Of a stretch of 64,000 nt of DNA, positions 1 through 8,863 are shown in pieces. Each line of letters begins with the position of its first letter. Within the stretch, counting starts at the first letter, position 1. Location of the stretch: positions 4,480,001 to 4,544,000 of the forward strand of contig OZ223209.1 in the NCBI GenBank assembly GCA_965140415.1, read 5' to 3'. The notes under the pieces are model-generated. The model was not told the origin of the DNA. It ran no database searches and saw only the letters and a program-made list of their open reading frames with translations. The stretch is from Myxococcota bacterium (lineage in GTDB: Bacteria > Myxococcota_A > SURF-8). Both the position numbers and the translations under genes were made by a program.

Positions 1-52
1 CGAGAAATCGATTCGGTCTGGTTGCGTTAAGGTTGGAGATGCGCTCTTGCGA

Positions 53-871
53 TTACGGTGCCGCCAGTTTGGCCGTCAACGCCGTTACCTGTTCCAGGGC
101 TTTTTTCGTTTGATCCGGAACGCGTTGCAGGTTTTTCACCAACTCATCTATCGTGTCGGTTGCGATCGGCAGTTTCACCGCTAATTTCCCACTAAGCAAC
201 AACGGCAGACGCATGGAAAGATCTTCTCCCTGCTTGGCCAGTTCCTGAACCTGCCCACCCAAAGGATACAACACCGCCATCAAAGCCATCATGCGCTTCT
301 GCGCTTCACCTTTGTCAAGTGTCCCTGAAGCCACGGCCACCTGGGTTTTGGCTAAAAGGTAACGGCTGAAACCGAAAGTTCCGACAGCCAAGGTGGCTTT
401 CCGCAGGAACTCGTCCACTTCGGGAACCTGGCAGGCTAGATAGCTCAACGGATTTTCTTTGTACGGATCGTTTTCCGTATCGGCATATTGTGCCAACATG
501 GGATTGATTTCCTTAGAGGGAATCACGACTTCCTGCTCGGTTTTCGTTTCCGCTTTTTCAGCGATAGGCGCCGCTACTACTTCCGGCTTTGCTTCCGGTT
601 GTGGTGCAGGTTTTTCCGCTTCGGGAGTAGCAGTCGCAACAGGTTCAACCGCCGCTTCTGCCGGCGCGCTTTCCGGTTCTGCGGCGGATTCCTGTTCCGC
701 TTGTTTCGTTTCGGCGGCAGGTTCAGGCGCTGCGACAGGCTGCGTTAATACACTCGGCTCCGGTTGCGGTTTGGCCGCTTCCTGCTCGATCGTTTCGAAA
801 AAGCTCGCCGAAGCGAAGCGAGGCATAGCGAGTACGGAAACAACTAGCAACGCAACATACAAGCGTCTCAT
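53..871 (-). CDS. Secreted hypothetical protein (signal peptide, Pro/Glu/Ala-rich linker, helical C-terminal domain)
   Basis: 272-aa ORF; N-terminus MRRLYVALLVVSVLAMPRFASA is signal-peptide-like; GGAG RBS upstream. Confidence 0.75.
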   Translation of the reverse strand: MRRLYVALLVVSVLAMPRFASASFFETIEQEAAKPQPEPSVLTQPVAAPEPAAETKQAEQESAAEPESAPAEAAVEPVATATPEAEKPAPQPEAKPEVVAAPIAEKAETKTEQEVVIPSKEINPMLAQYADTENDPYKENPLSYLACQVPEVDEFLRKATLAVGTFGFSRYLLAKTQVAVASGTLDKGEAQKRMMALMAVLYPLGGQVQELAKQGEDLSMRLPLLLSGKLAVKLPIATDTIDELVKNLQRVPDQTKKALEQVTALTAKLAAP

Positions 872-1736
872 GGACTATCTCCCTCCAAAGTCAAGAACCT
901 TACGTGCGACTATCCTAGCCTAAGTCGTCGATTGGAGCAACAGGTATTGGAAATTCCATCTTGTTGGGCAATACCATGAATTGGGTGAATGACAAGAATA
1001 TTTATGTTATTATTTAAGCGGTGAGATTGAATCGCTCATTTTCAACTCGAATCCTGACTCGTCAAATGGTCCACACAACGGGTGGCGCGGCAAGTATAAG
1101 TTTGTGTAACTTAGTCCGCTTTTCAAACAATGCAGCCACCAGTCTGCCACAACTCAGAAAACTCATAACTTACCTGCCAACAGAAGCGGCGGAGCGGTTT
1201 GTCCTGAATCGGCTCAAAGAAGCCGGTGGAGGGGCATAAAATGGAAAACTCCAGCGCATCTCATGAGAAAGTTGCGCTGGAGTATAACAGTTGGCGAACG
1301 ACAAGACGCTGACTTGGAAACAGATTGACGACTGGTTAGACAGCATGGAGATGCTCAAGGCATCTCTTTTCGAAGCCAAAAACTGCCATGATTTCTGGCA
1401 CCTAATCACCGAACAACAGGAAGCGAGGGGATAAAGCAATGGACAAGTGTGTCCTGGAGATAGAAACGGACACCTGAATTGAAAAACCGCCCTTGCAGGG
1501 GCGGCTTACAAAACATCAACCCCGGGTATGGAGATGACGTCATGGATATCTGTAGTGTAACCAACCGCATTGACCTCGTCAAGATTTTCATCGCGCCCAT
1601 TTCCACATCCGCTTCAAGACCCCCTTGCAGCCCAGTATGGCTTCGGAGATCACCGGACTCCTGAACCATGGTGTCACCCGTCACCCATAAATAGGCGGGG
1701 TATATAGAAACTTTTAACGATTCTGGAGGTCATGCC

Positions 1737-2432
1737 ATGGAGATTAAGAGAAAATCAGCGTTCGACTTTCCGTCCGACAACGAAGCCCGCGCAGATGAAC
1801 TGCGCCACATCGGTTTTGACAGACTCGCAAATATGATTGCTGACTGTAAGCCCGGCTGGTTCTGCAGACAGCGACTCTGTCCGACCTGCGGCCCGTTCTA
1901 CGCAGCGATCAATGCGGGCAAAGTCAGAGTGAAGGTACTGGAGATGCGGTGGCCGCACACCTATATGCTGACACTCCGGTCGAAGCATCTATGGGATTTG
2001 AAAGCGACCGTCGAGGAGTTTCGAGCCTGTCTTCGCAAGTTGAGAGTCCGGAAATACTGGAAACAGCATGTGCGTTCGGGAGCCGGTGCCATTGAGGTAA
2101 AGTTATCGAACGACCGCAGGGCCTGGGTGGTTCATAGCCACTTTGTTCTCGATGTCCTCGATCCCACCTTCGATGTCGAACTCATCGATGAATATTGGCG
2201 GAAATACACCAATGGCCGTGGTTCTTTCATGCGGCAGACCGGTAACCGGGTCGTCATGGAAAACCTGACCGCACTGGCCTCCTACAACGCGAAGGCCGAT
2301 ACCTGGTGCCCACCTCCCGGCGCCTTGTATCCGGACGAACTGCGGCATCTCATTCGTGCGATTAAAGGGAAGCAGCTGCCAATTCTCTTCCCTTCTCGAC
2401 GGAAGAGGAAGCCCCACTCGTCGGAGAAGTAA
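1737..2432 (+). CDS. rep: Rolling-circle replication initiator (Rep_1-like HUH endonuclease)
   Basis: N-terminal C..CRQRLCPTC motif; motif I (YMLTL); HUH motif II (HSHFVL); motif III (YNAK); GGAGG RBS upstream. Confidence 0.8.
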   Translation: MEIKRKSAFDFPSDNEARADELRHIGFDRLANMIADCKPGWFCRQRLCPTCGPFYAAINAGKVRVKVLEMRWPHTYMLTLRSKHLWDLKATVEEFRACLRKLRVRKYWKQHVRSGAGAIEVKLSNDRRAWVVHSHFVLDVLDPTFDVELIDEYWRKYTNGRGSFMRQTGNRVVMENLTALASYNAKADTWCPPPGALYPDELRHLIRAIKGKQLPILFPSRRKRKPHSSEK

Positions 2433-2499
2433 ACGTGCGGCCAACTGGCCTGTTCCACTATCCGGCCAGCGCGATTAGTGGGGTATTCACGATTCGTAT

Positions 2500-2539
2500 G
2501 TGCGTTACCGCGCCAGTTCTTCGCAGCGCGGTAACGCAC
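2500..2539. repeat. Perfect 14-bp inverted repeat downstream of rep (candidate origin hairpin)
   Basis: GTGCGTTACCGCGC - 12-nt loop - GCGCGGTAACGCAC; no U-tract after it. Confidence 0.7.
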
Positions 2540-2732
2540 TACGGAACGGTGAAACGCCGCTGTGAGCGATGGAGTACGTGAACAGCGACTACGCCCTCTG
2601 AGAAAGCCATTGACATGCGACAAAAAAGTGTCCAAATCGGAGGAGGTAGGTTCATGAATTTGGAGGAAATCCAACTTAACACCACGATAACACTAACAAT
2701 ATCTCATATTCTGAAACCCTCACGCATTTGCT

Positions 2733-2784
2733 GCGACGTCGGTTTTTCAACTGCGACGTCGGCACAATCACCCAGCGACGTCGG
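2733..2784. repeat. Three direct repeats of GCGACGTCGG (iteron/operator-like)
   Basis: Copies at 2733, 2753 and 2775 (20- and 22-bp spacing); palindromic CGACGTCG core. Confidence 0.7.
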
Positions 2785-3395
2785 TGCTCGCATTCTCCTA
2801 GCCCTATCCGGTTTTCGATTCCAGCCCCATAGGGGACCCAGACCCCGCCCAGCATTAAAACCATTCGGGGTGCTGGCCACCGACAATTACGACAGCCGTC
2901 TTGTTGGGTGCTATTCGTCAAACAGAATCATGTTTTTACCACTCGGGTTCGTTCGTTAATACCTCGACCTGCGTCAATTTGGTTGGCGTATTTCTCTATG
3001 GCGACCAGCGGAAAAAACGTTCGGGCCAGGAAAATTGGGGTTCCAATATTTTTCGGGGTGTTTTTCGGGAACCGTTCGGGTCATCCGGGACAACTATGCA
3101 AGATATCAATGGATTTCGCTATAAGGATGATAGTGAAAGTGGTTGCCCTTTCACTGATCCTGGCCGGTCGACAGCTGAACTTTTCCAGGTTGTCGCGTTC
3201 GCCCGGACGTCCCGGATCAGGGTGATTCGCTCCTCGTAGGTCTTATACCACAACGCTTACCTGAATTTTAGGACTGCGACCGACCGCTCGTCTTTCGCTA
3301 GCCGGACCGATACCCAAACCACCGCCCACATGGCGGCGACGCCGCGTGGGACGGGCGAGGTCTCCGTGTGCGTCGAACACGACAAGGAGGCCCCG

Positions 3396-4091
3396 ATGGA
3401 AACCTGTATCCAACCCCAACAACCCAGCCAGCCCCTTCCGATGTCCCACGAGCAAATCAACACTACCTTCACCACCATGATCGCCGACGGCATCTTCAAT
3501 CCGATCAAGCGCCACCTGGGCGATGCGTTCGATGCCGAAGACAGATTCCAGGAAGCCCTGTGCATCATCTACGATGATTACCGCAGCGCCGCCGAGCGTG
3601 GCAAGCCGACAGATAGAGCCGCCCTGGTCTTTGGTTTGAAGTTGAAAGCCTTCGACGTGACCCACCGCTTCACCCGAACCGGCCACGGTCGCCGCAGGGA
3701 CGTGATGGGCGCGCCGGCCTGTGTCCTCGACGGGATTCAGGTCTTGCGCTTCGATGGCCTGGTCGAAGACGAAGACGGACCCTACGACGATCCCGGTGTG
3801 ACCCGGGATAACCCCATGAGCTTCGTCAACGAACTTTCCATGCGGCAGACGGCGGATGTCGAGGACCGGATCAACTCCGCTCTCGACCTTGACGCCTGGT
3901 TGGCCGACTTGGACCCGACCGACAGTGACATCCTGCAAGGCCGCATGGAAGGCCGCGCCGGAACGGAGATCGCCGAAATGGTCGGCATGAGCATGACCTA
4001 TTTCTATCAGCGCTTGAAGACGCTCGGTCGGAAGCTGGCCAAGGACGCCGGGATCATGGCCTACCTCGAACCCCAGCCGGGAGTCGCGTAG
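3396..4091 (+). CDS. Sigma70/ECF-like protein with C-terminal region-4 HTH
   Basis: C-terminal LDAWLADLDPTDSDILQGRMEGRAGTEIAEMVGMS..FYQRLK resembles sigma region 4; AAGGAGG RBS before ATG 3396 (ORF track starts at 3330). Confidence 0.65.
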   Translation: METCIQPQQPSQPLPMSHEQINTTFTTMIADGIFNPIKRHLGDAFDAEDRFQEALCIIYDDYRSAAERGKPTDRAALVFGLKLKAFDVTHRFTRTGHGRRRDVMGAPACVLDGIQVLRFDGLVEDEDGPYDDPGVTRDNPMSFVNELSMRQTADVEDRINSALDLDAWLADLDPTDSDILQGRMEGRAGTEIAEMVGMSMTYFYQRLKTLGRKLAKDAGIMAYLEPQPGVA

Positions 4092-4094
4092 TCG

Positions 4095-4175
4095 ATGCGC
4101 CGCAACACCATCGACATCGTCGTCTGGATCATCCTGAAAAGCCTGAAAAACTGGCTCTGCAAGCACCGAAAATGA
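4095..4175 (+). CDS. Possible 26-aa hydrophobic/basic peptide MRRNTIDIVVWIILKSLKNWLCKHRK
   Basis: ATG 3 nt after the sigma-like stop, GGGAG upstream; below the ORF-track length cutoff. Confidence 0.3.
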   Translation: MRRNTIDIVVWIILKSLKNWLCKHRK

Positions 4176-4291
4176 CATTCCCCACCATGCCGCCCTGCCA
4201 CATCGCCCGCCGCACCATCCCCAGCCGCGCCCACGCGGCGGAAGAGGCCCTTTGGCTTCTTCTTTTAGCACAATTCGTATCTTGATTACAT

Positions 4292-4320
4292 TTGAGTAAA
4301 CCGCCGAATTGTGCTAGCTT
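4292..4320 (+). promoter_or_regulatory. Candidate sigma70 promoter for the large lipoprotein gene
   Basis: TTGAGT-17 bp-TAGCTT with TG extension. Confidence 0.35.
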
Positions 4321-4382
4321 TTCCGCATTCGGGAAAGGAACTATTCTGTCAGAGACCGCTACGATCGTGAGGAGATTTGGGT

Positions 4383-7300
4383 ATGAAGCAGGCTGTTATC
4401 GTTGGGCTGATATGTTTGTTGCCATTGTTTAGTGCCGGTTGCTCGGGTTCTTCCGATGCAGGGGACGTCGCCAAAGCGCTTGAAGACCGCCTGACCGATG
4501 CCCTGGACTTCGAGGGCGGGTCGGCGGAAGACGGTGAGCCGCCCGAAGGCGAGAACACGCCTGATGCGCCGCAGATTTCGGGAATAGATGCACCGGATAC
4601 ACTTCATCCGGATGTTCCATTCGTGGTGCGGCTTTCGACTGACTATGCAGAGCCGCAGAACGTCGATAAAGCGATTGTCCATGTGGTGGGCGCTACGAAG
4701 TATCTGGTTGTGACGACCCCGCTGGTTGAAGCAAGTCATGGCTGGGTGATGAATCTTGCCGGTGTTTTGGGCGAGGAAATGTCCCTGGCGGGCGAGAGTT
4801 TCACGCTGGAATACGCGCTTCAAACCAGAGGCGGCGTAACCGGCGCGTACAAGAGAAAAGAGTTGGATATCCCTGAAGAGGACGCCGAACCGGACTGCGA
4901 CTCCGGTCCCTGCTGCAACGGCGGTGAATGGATCGAGGACGGCGGTGCGTGCACCGAGGGCGATGCTTTCGCTTGCACGCGGGATGCCTGCACGGCAAAT
5001 CATGCTTGCGAATCGACGCTGGCAGCGGACCGATGCCTGATTGACGATACCTGCTACACCTCCGGCGATGTGAAGCCGGACAACGAATGCCAGACCTGTC
5101 AGCCGGAGACGGCGACGGATATCTTCAGCGCGGTGGCCGACGGGACGGCCTGCGATGCGGGGAGTGGTGAAGGGTCAGGCCAGTGCCAGACGGGCGAGTG
5201 TGTCTTTTCCGATACCTTCATGAACGGTCGCTTGCATGAGTCGCTTGAGCCGGAGCAGGCACAGGAAGTGGCGGGTGATCCGCCTGCGGGTGGGGATGAT
5301 CCGCAAAGCTTCCCGCAGATTACCGATTTATCGGCCCCGGCGACACTCTATCCTGGGTCGAGTTTCGAAGTGACGCTGTTTACCGATTTCGCCACTCCGG
5401 ATGCGATCGATGGAGCGTTGCTGCAGGTTTCCGGTGCGCCGGGTTATTATCGGATTACGGGCGAAACAACGGCGTTGGGTGATCGCGCCTATCTCACGAT
5501 CAGCGGCCTGCTACTTGATATCGACGATCTACCGGAGCACAGCTTTACTCTGGCCTTTGCGCTGACGGCAGGCGAGGGCGTGGTGGGCGGCTATGCAGAG
5601 GCAACGATACAGTTGATCCCTGCTGCGCCGCAATGCGAGTCCGGCCCGTGCTGCAACGGTGGCGGATTGATGCCGAACGGGTCGTTTTGTCTGGATGACG
5701 ACCCCTGTACCTATGACGACGCCTGCAACGAGCAGGGAGCCTGTGCGGGCACGCCGATCACCTGTGAGGATGACCCATCGATCTGCGGGGTCAATCGCGC
5801 CTGCAACGGAACGGCCACTTGCGACGAAAGCTATCCAGGTAATGAAACAGAATGTGACGATGGTGAACCCTGCACATATGATGACGTCTGCGACGGTGGG
5901 GGCGGGTGCGCGGGCACAAGCTACGGTTGCAACGACCATGGGGACTGTGACGGGGAGGGCGCATGCGAGTGTGACGATGGTTACGATGGCGCAAGCTGCG
6001 ATCAGTGCGCCGATGGATACGAAGGTTACCCGGACTGCGTTTCGATTCAGAATTTTCTTGACAGCTTGGCTGCATCAGCGAGTCAAAGTATCCGTGAGAT
6101 CGATGGGGTCGCCGCAATGGATGGATCGGAGGAGGAAGTTATTGGTGGTCTGGCGACAGTTAAAGCCATTGGGTATGCGTACTGTGAACCAGACAACTAC
6201 TATGAGGGACCTGAAGCCGACATGTCGCTACCTCTGTGTCGTTATGGCTGTGATCAGCTGCCTGCCCTGGAGATCACATTGACCGATCAAGCCGCTGGAC
6301 TCGTCGATGTTTCCCTTCAGGCATCTGCGTTTTACGTGGATTCGTATTGGGAAATACCGACGAGGTGTGATTGCTATAGTTTGACAACCACTTCATCAGT
6401 CTCCGCCACCGGAACATTGGTTGATTTTCCAGACAATCCAAAGCTCTATCGTAATGCGGGTACAAATATGTCAGAGATGGGAAGTTTCGAGTTAGATTGC
6501 GAGGGTGTATGCGGAACATTGGTACCCAGTTTGTCTGGAGTCATGCAAGGACTGTGGAACGGTATTCTCGACGATGGCTTGCAACAATTGCTTGACGCAC
6601 TTGTTTTTACTCCAGTGTGTGAGGAAGGCCAGATCGAATACCCGGTCGGCTCCTTTACTTGCATCGACGACCCTTGTGATCCAGATCCGTGCAACGAACA
6701 TGGAAGCTGCGACAATTCAAGCGGGGAGGCGGTGTGCACTTGTGACAATGATAATATGAACGAAGATTGCTCAGCCTGTGCAGACGGTTTCATCGGCTAT
6801 CCGGATTGTATAGCTATCGGCACGTTTATTCCCATCACGGCCGGCGCCTTCTGGATGGGCTCGCCGGATGGAAGCTGCCCTGGCGGCTATCCAGGAGATT
6901 GCTCCGAAGCCGAGCCGGGGCGGTATTCGGATGAAGAACTTCACGAAGTGACATTGACCTATGATTTCGAGTTGCAGGCGTATGAGTTGACACAGGGGGA
7001 ATGGACGGCGTTGATGACGTGGAATCCGAGCAGCTTCAGCACCTGTGATGGCGGCGATGGTAGCACGTGTCCGGTGGAAAGCGTCTCCTGGTTTGATGTG
7101 TTGGCCTACGCGAACGAGTTATCGTCGGATGCGGGTCTGACGCCCTGTTATGTGTTTTCGAACGTGACGTGCGAGGAAGGCGGGAGCGTGGGCGCGGACT
7201 ACATGCAGTGCATGAACGCGATTCAGGGCGGTATTGATGATGCAACGATTACTCTGGCGGGCGGCGCGGTAAAGCCTCAGGATTGCGAAGGGTATCGGCT

Positions 7301-7748
7301 CCCCACTGAGGCGGAATGGGAGTATGCGATACGGGCCGGGAATGAATACACGGCGTTCTACCAGAGCGATGGGAACGATGGGACGATCAATGCTTCGACG
7401 ATGAGCACGTGTAGTTCATTGGACAGTAATCTGGATCAGATCGCGGTTTACTGTGCGAACGATCCCAACGGCACGGCTCCTGTGGGCACAAAGGAGGCGA
7501 ACGCGTGGGGCTTGTACGATATGAGCGGCAACGTGTATGACTGGGTCTGGGACTGGTATCAGGACTCTTATGAGAACGATGTGGCAACTGACCCGACAGG
7601 TCCGACGACACCAGGCTCGGGCCGCGTCCTACGTGGCGGCGTCTGGGGCGGCGACGCGCGGTACTGCCGGTCGGCGGGCCGCGGCAACCGCGCTCCCGGC
7701 GTTCGCAACGACCGCCTTGGCGCCCGCCTCTCCAGGTCTAGCCCTTGA
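4383..7748 (+). CDS. Large modular lipoprotein: duplicated beta-rich module, Cys-rich/EGF-like repeats, C-terminal FGE-sulfatase (C-type lectin fold) domain; probable DGR target protein
   Basis: Lipobox SAGC; GAGGAG RBS before ATG 4383; FWMGSP, YRLPTEAEWEYA, NAWGLYDMSGNV and RVLRGG..W motifs. Confidence 0.85.
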   Translation: MKQAVIVGLICLLPLFSAGCSGSSDAGDVAKALEDRLTDALDFEGGSAEDGEPPEGENTPDAPQISGIDAPDTLHPDVPFVVRLSTDYAEPQNVDKAIVHVVGATKYLVVTTPLVEASHGWVMNLAGVLGEEMSLAGESFTLEYALQTRGGVTGAYKRKELDIPEEDAEPDCDSGPCCNGGEWIEDGGACTEGDAFACTRDACTANHACESTLAADRCLIDDTCYTSGDVKPDNECQTCQPETATDIFSAVADGTACDAGSGEGSGQCQTGECVFSDTFMNGRLHESLEPEQAQEVAGDPPAGGDDPQSFPQITDLSAPATLYPGSSFEVTLFTDFATPDAIDGALLQVSGAPGYYRITGETTALGDRAYLTISGLLLDIDDLPEHSFTLAFALTAGEGVVGGYAEATIQLIPAAPQCESGPCCNGGGLMPNGSFCLDDDPCTYDDACNEQGACAGTPITCEDDPSICGVNRACNGTATCDESYPGNETECDDGEPCTYDDVCDGGGGCAGTSYGCNDHGDCDGEGACECDDGYDGASCDQCADGYEGYPDCVSIQNFLDSLAASASQSIREIDGVAAMDGSEEEVIGGLATVKAIGYAYCEPDNYYEGPEADMSLPLCRYGCDQLPALEITLTDQAAGLVDVSLQASAFYVDSYWEIPTRCDCYSLTTTSSVSATGTLVDFPDNPKLYRNAGTNMSEMGSFELDCEGVCGTLVPSLSGVMQGLWNGILDDGLQQLLDALVFTPVCEEGQIEYPVGSFTCIDDPCDPDPCNEHGSCDNSSGEAVCTCDNDNMNEDCSACADGFIGYPDCIAIGTFIPITAGAFWMGSPDGSCPGGYPGDCSEAEPGRYSDEELHEVTLTYDFELQAYELTQGEWTALMTWNPSSFSTCDGGDGSTCPVESVSWFDVLAYANELSSDAGLTPCYVFSNVTCEEGGSVGADYMQCMNAIQGGIDDATITLAGGAVKPQDCEGYRLPTEAEWEYAIRAGNEYTAFYQSDGNDGTINASTMSTCSSLDSNLDQIAVYCANDPNGTAPVGTKEANAWGLYDMSGNVYDWVWDWYQDSYENDVATDPTGPTTPGSGRVLRGGVWGGDARYCRSAGRGNRAPGVRNDRLGARLSRSSP
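7614..7748 (+). other. Putative DGR variable repeat (VR) with IMH-like end
   Basis: 8 adenines in the 120 nt 7614-7733; invariant residues use A-free codons; variable positions are NNC/NNT. Confidence 0.7.
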
Positions 7749-7758
7749 CCCCTTTCGC

Positions 7759-7779
7759 CCTTTGCCCTTTGGGCAAAGG
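7759..7779. repeat. 9-bp hairpin just after the target stop codon (DGR-type target-recognition hairpin candidate)
   Basis: CCTTTGCCC-TTT-GGGCAAAGG, preceded by tandem (G/C)CCCTTT units. Confidence 0.6.
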
Positions 7780-7811
7780 CTATAATGGGTGCACGATAGT
7801 GCGACCGAATT

Positions 7812-8010
7812 GGTCCGAGCGGGAACGGAGAGAGCAAGCGAGCCGAAGCGCAAGCCGGCGAAGCGAGCGAACGAAGTGAAGCTCGGGCCGGGGAGTCCAG
7901 AGGGGCTTTAGCCCCTTTGGTGGGTCCAGGGCCCTTCGGCAAGCTCAGGATAAACTCCGACCGGGTCGCCATAGGTTCCGGACCCGCGCCTGACGGCGAA
8001 CACTGTCAGG
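7812..8010. repeat. Cluster of GC-rich hairpins / REP-like sequences
   Basis: GGTCCGAGC...GCTCGGGCC; GCGAAGC mini-hairpin; CCAGAGGGGC-TTTA-GCCCCTTTGG; CCCTTCGGCAAGCTCAGG; CCTGAC...GTCAGG. Confidence 0.5.
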
Positions 8011-8320
8011 ACAAATACACCCACCCCGGCGGCGGCAAGTAGGCGGTTTTTGACAACTGCTCGAACGTGGCCGCCGGGGACTATTACGAACTCGGACTAC
8101 AGCGGAGTCTCGCTCAGGCATGACGACGAAGGGGTGATGGGAACCGGGTGCATGGTTCACGAAGTACACCGGCCTCTCGTTGTTCGTCCAGGTAAGAAGG
8201 TGGAACCACCCGGAGTTCGACAACCCGGAGACCGGAGACCATGAAGGCATAAAACCGGAGTGAATCCCGTAAAATGCGGTAATTGTTTATGAATTTCGGC
8301 TTTCACGATGAACTTTTGGC

Positions 8321-8350
8321 TTGACAAAACGGCCAAATGTAAAATAGGCT
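8321..8350 (+). promoter_or_regulatory. Candidate sigma70 promoter for the small-ORF/recombinase operon
   Basis: TTGACA-18 bp-TAGGCT. Confidence 0.45.
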
Positions 8351-8604
8351 TACGCTCAGTTCATTCTCATGCCGCGATTTGTAAGGGTAAAGACACAGAA
8401 AAACGACCATGTACCGCGAAGTGAAAGAAACCGGCTGGTATAAGATAGCCAAGTAACCAAGCACTAGAATTCGCGAACGGTCAACCCCGTCACCCACCGC
8501 ATGAATGCAACCTTGGGAACCCGCCGAACATAATCGCATACATTCCAACTTGAGCAGTCCTGATCGAAGGTCAGGGGCTGCGAGTGTATGTTCGGAGGAA
8601 CCCA

Positions 8605-8853
8605 ATGGAGGCCCTTACAAAGAAGCGCGGTCTGAAGCCGCCTACCATCACCACAAAAACCCGTAACCTGACCATCGTGGGGTATATCGTCCCACAGGGT
8701 GAACTACCCCCAAACCCCCGTCATCCCGACCCATACATCCCTGTTGAACAACGGCACGACCGGTTCCTGAAGGAACTGGCCGGTGCGTTGGCGGAGATTG
8801 TCCCGGCCAAGGAAGAGGACGACGGAAAGTATTACCGACCAGGGCGCGCATGA
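8605..8853 (+). CDS. Small hypothetical protein (element)
   Basis: GGAGGA RBS before ATG 8605, in frame with ORF 8584..8853. Confidence 0.55.
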   Translation: MEALTKKRGLKPPTITTKTRNLTIVGYIVPQGELPPNPRHPDPYIPVEQRHDRFLKELAGALAEIVPAKEEDDGKYYRPGRA

Positions 8854-8863
8854 GTAGGATGTC

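Noticed and set aside
985-1012. dif-like site (GTGAATGACAA-GAATAT-TTATGTTATTA), suggesting Xer-mediated integration of the Rep element
   Set aside because: Only the XerD-like arm partly matches (TTATGTTA); the XerC arm is poor and the region is AT-rich, so chance is likely
3243-4271. 342-aa minus-strand ORF and other long antisense ORFs (e.g. 9791..10570, 26068..27456, 31512..32537, 59214..60302)
   Set aside because: Shadow frames of well-supported opposite-strand genes in GC-rich DNA; no motifs
6820-7748. Catalytic formylglycine-generating enzyme
   Set aside because: The FGE catalytic Cys pair after the RGG motif is absent (GGVWGGDARYC) and no sulfatase is nearby; a binding-domain role fits better
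7963-7971. GGGTCGCCA matching the tRNA-Glu 3' end
   Set aside because: 9 bp, inverted relative to the tRNA and internal to the element; expected by chance
7568-8250. Short ORFs downstream of the cargo gene (7568..7972, 7945..8250, 8050..8244)
   Set aside because: Overlap hairpin/REP-like sequence and give low-complexity translations with no recognisable motifs
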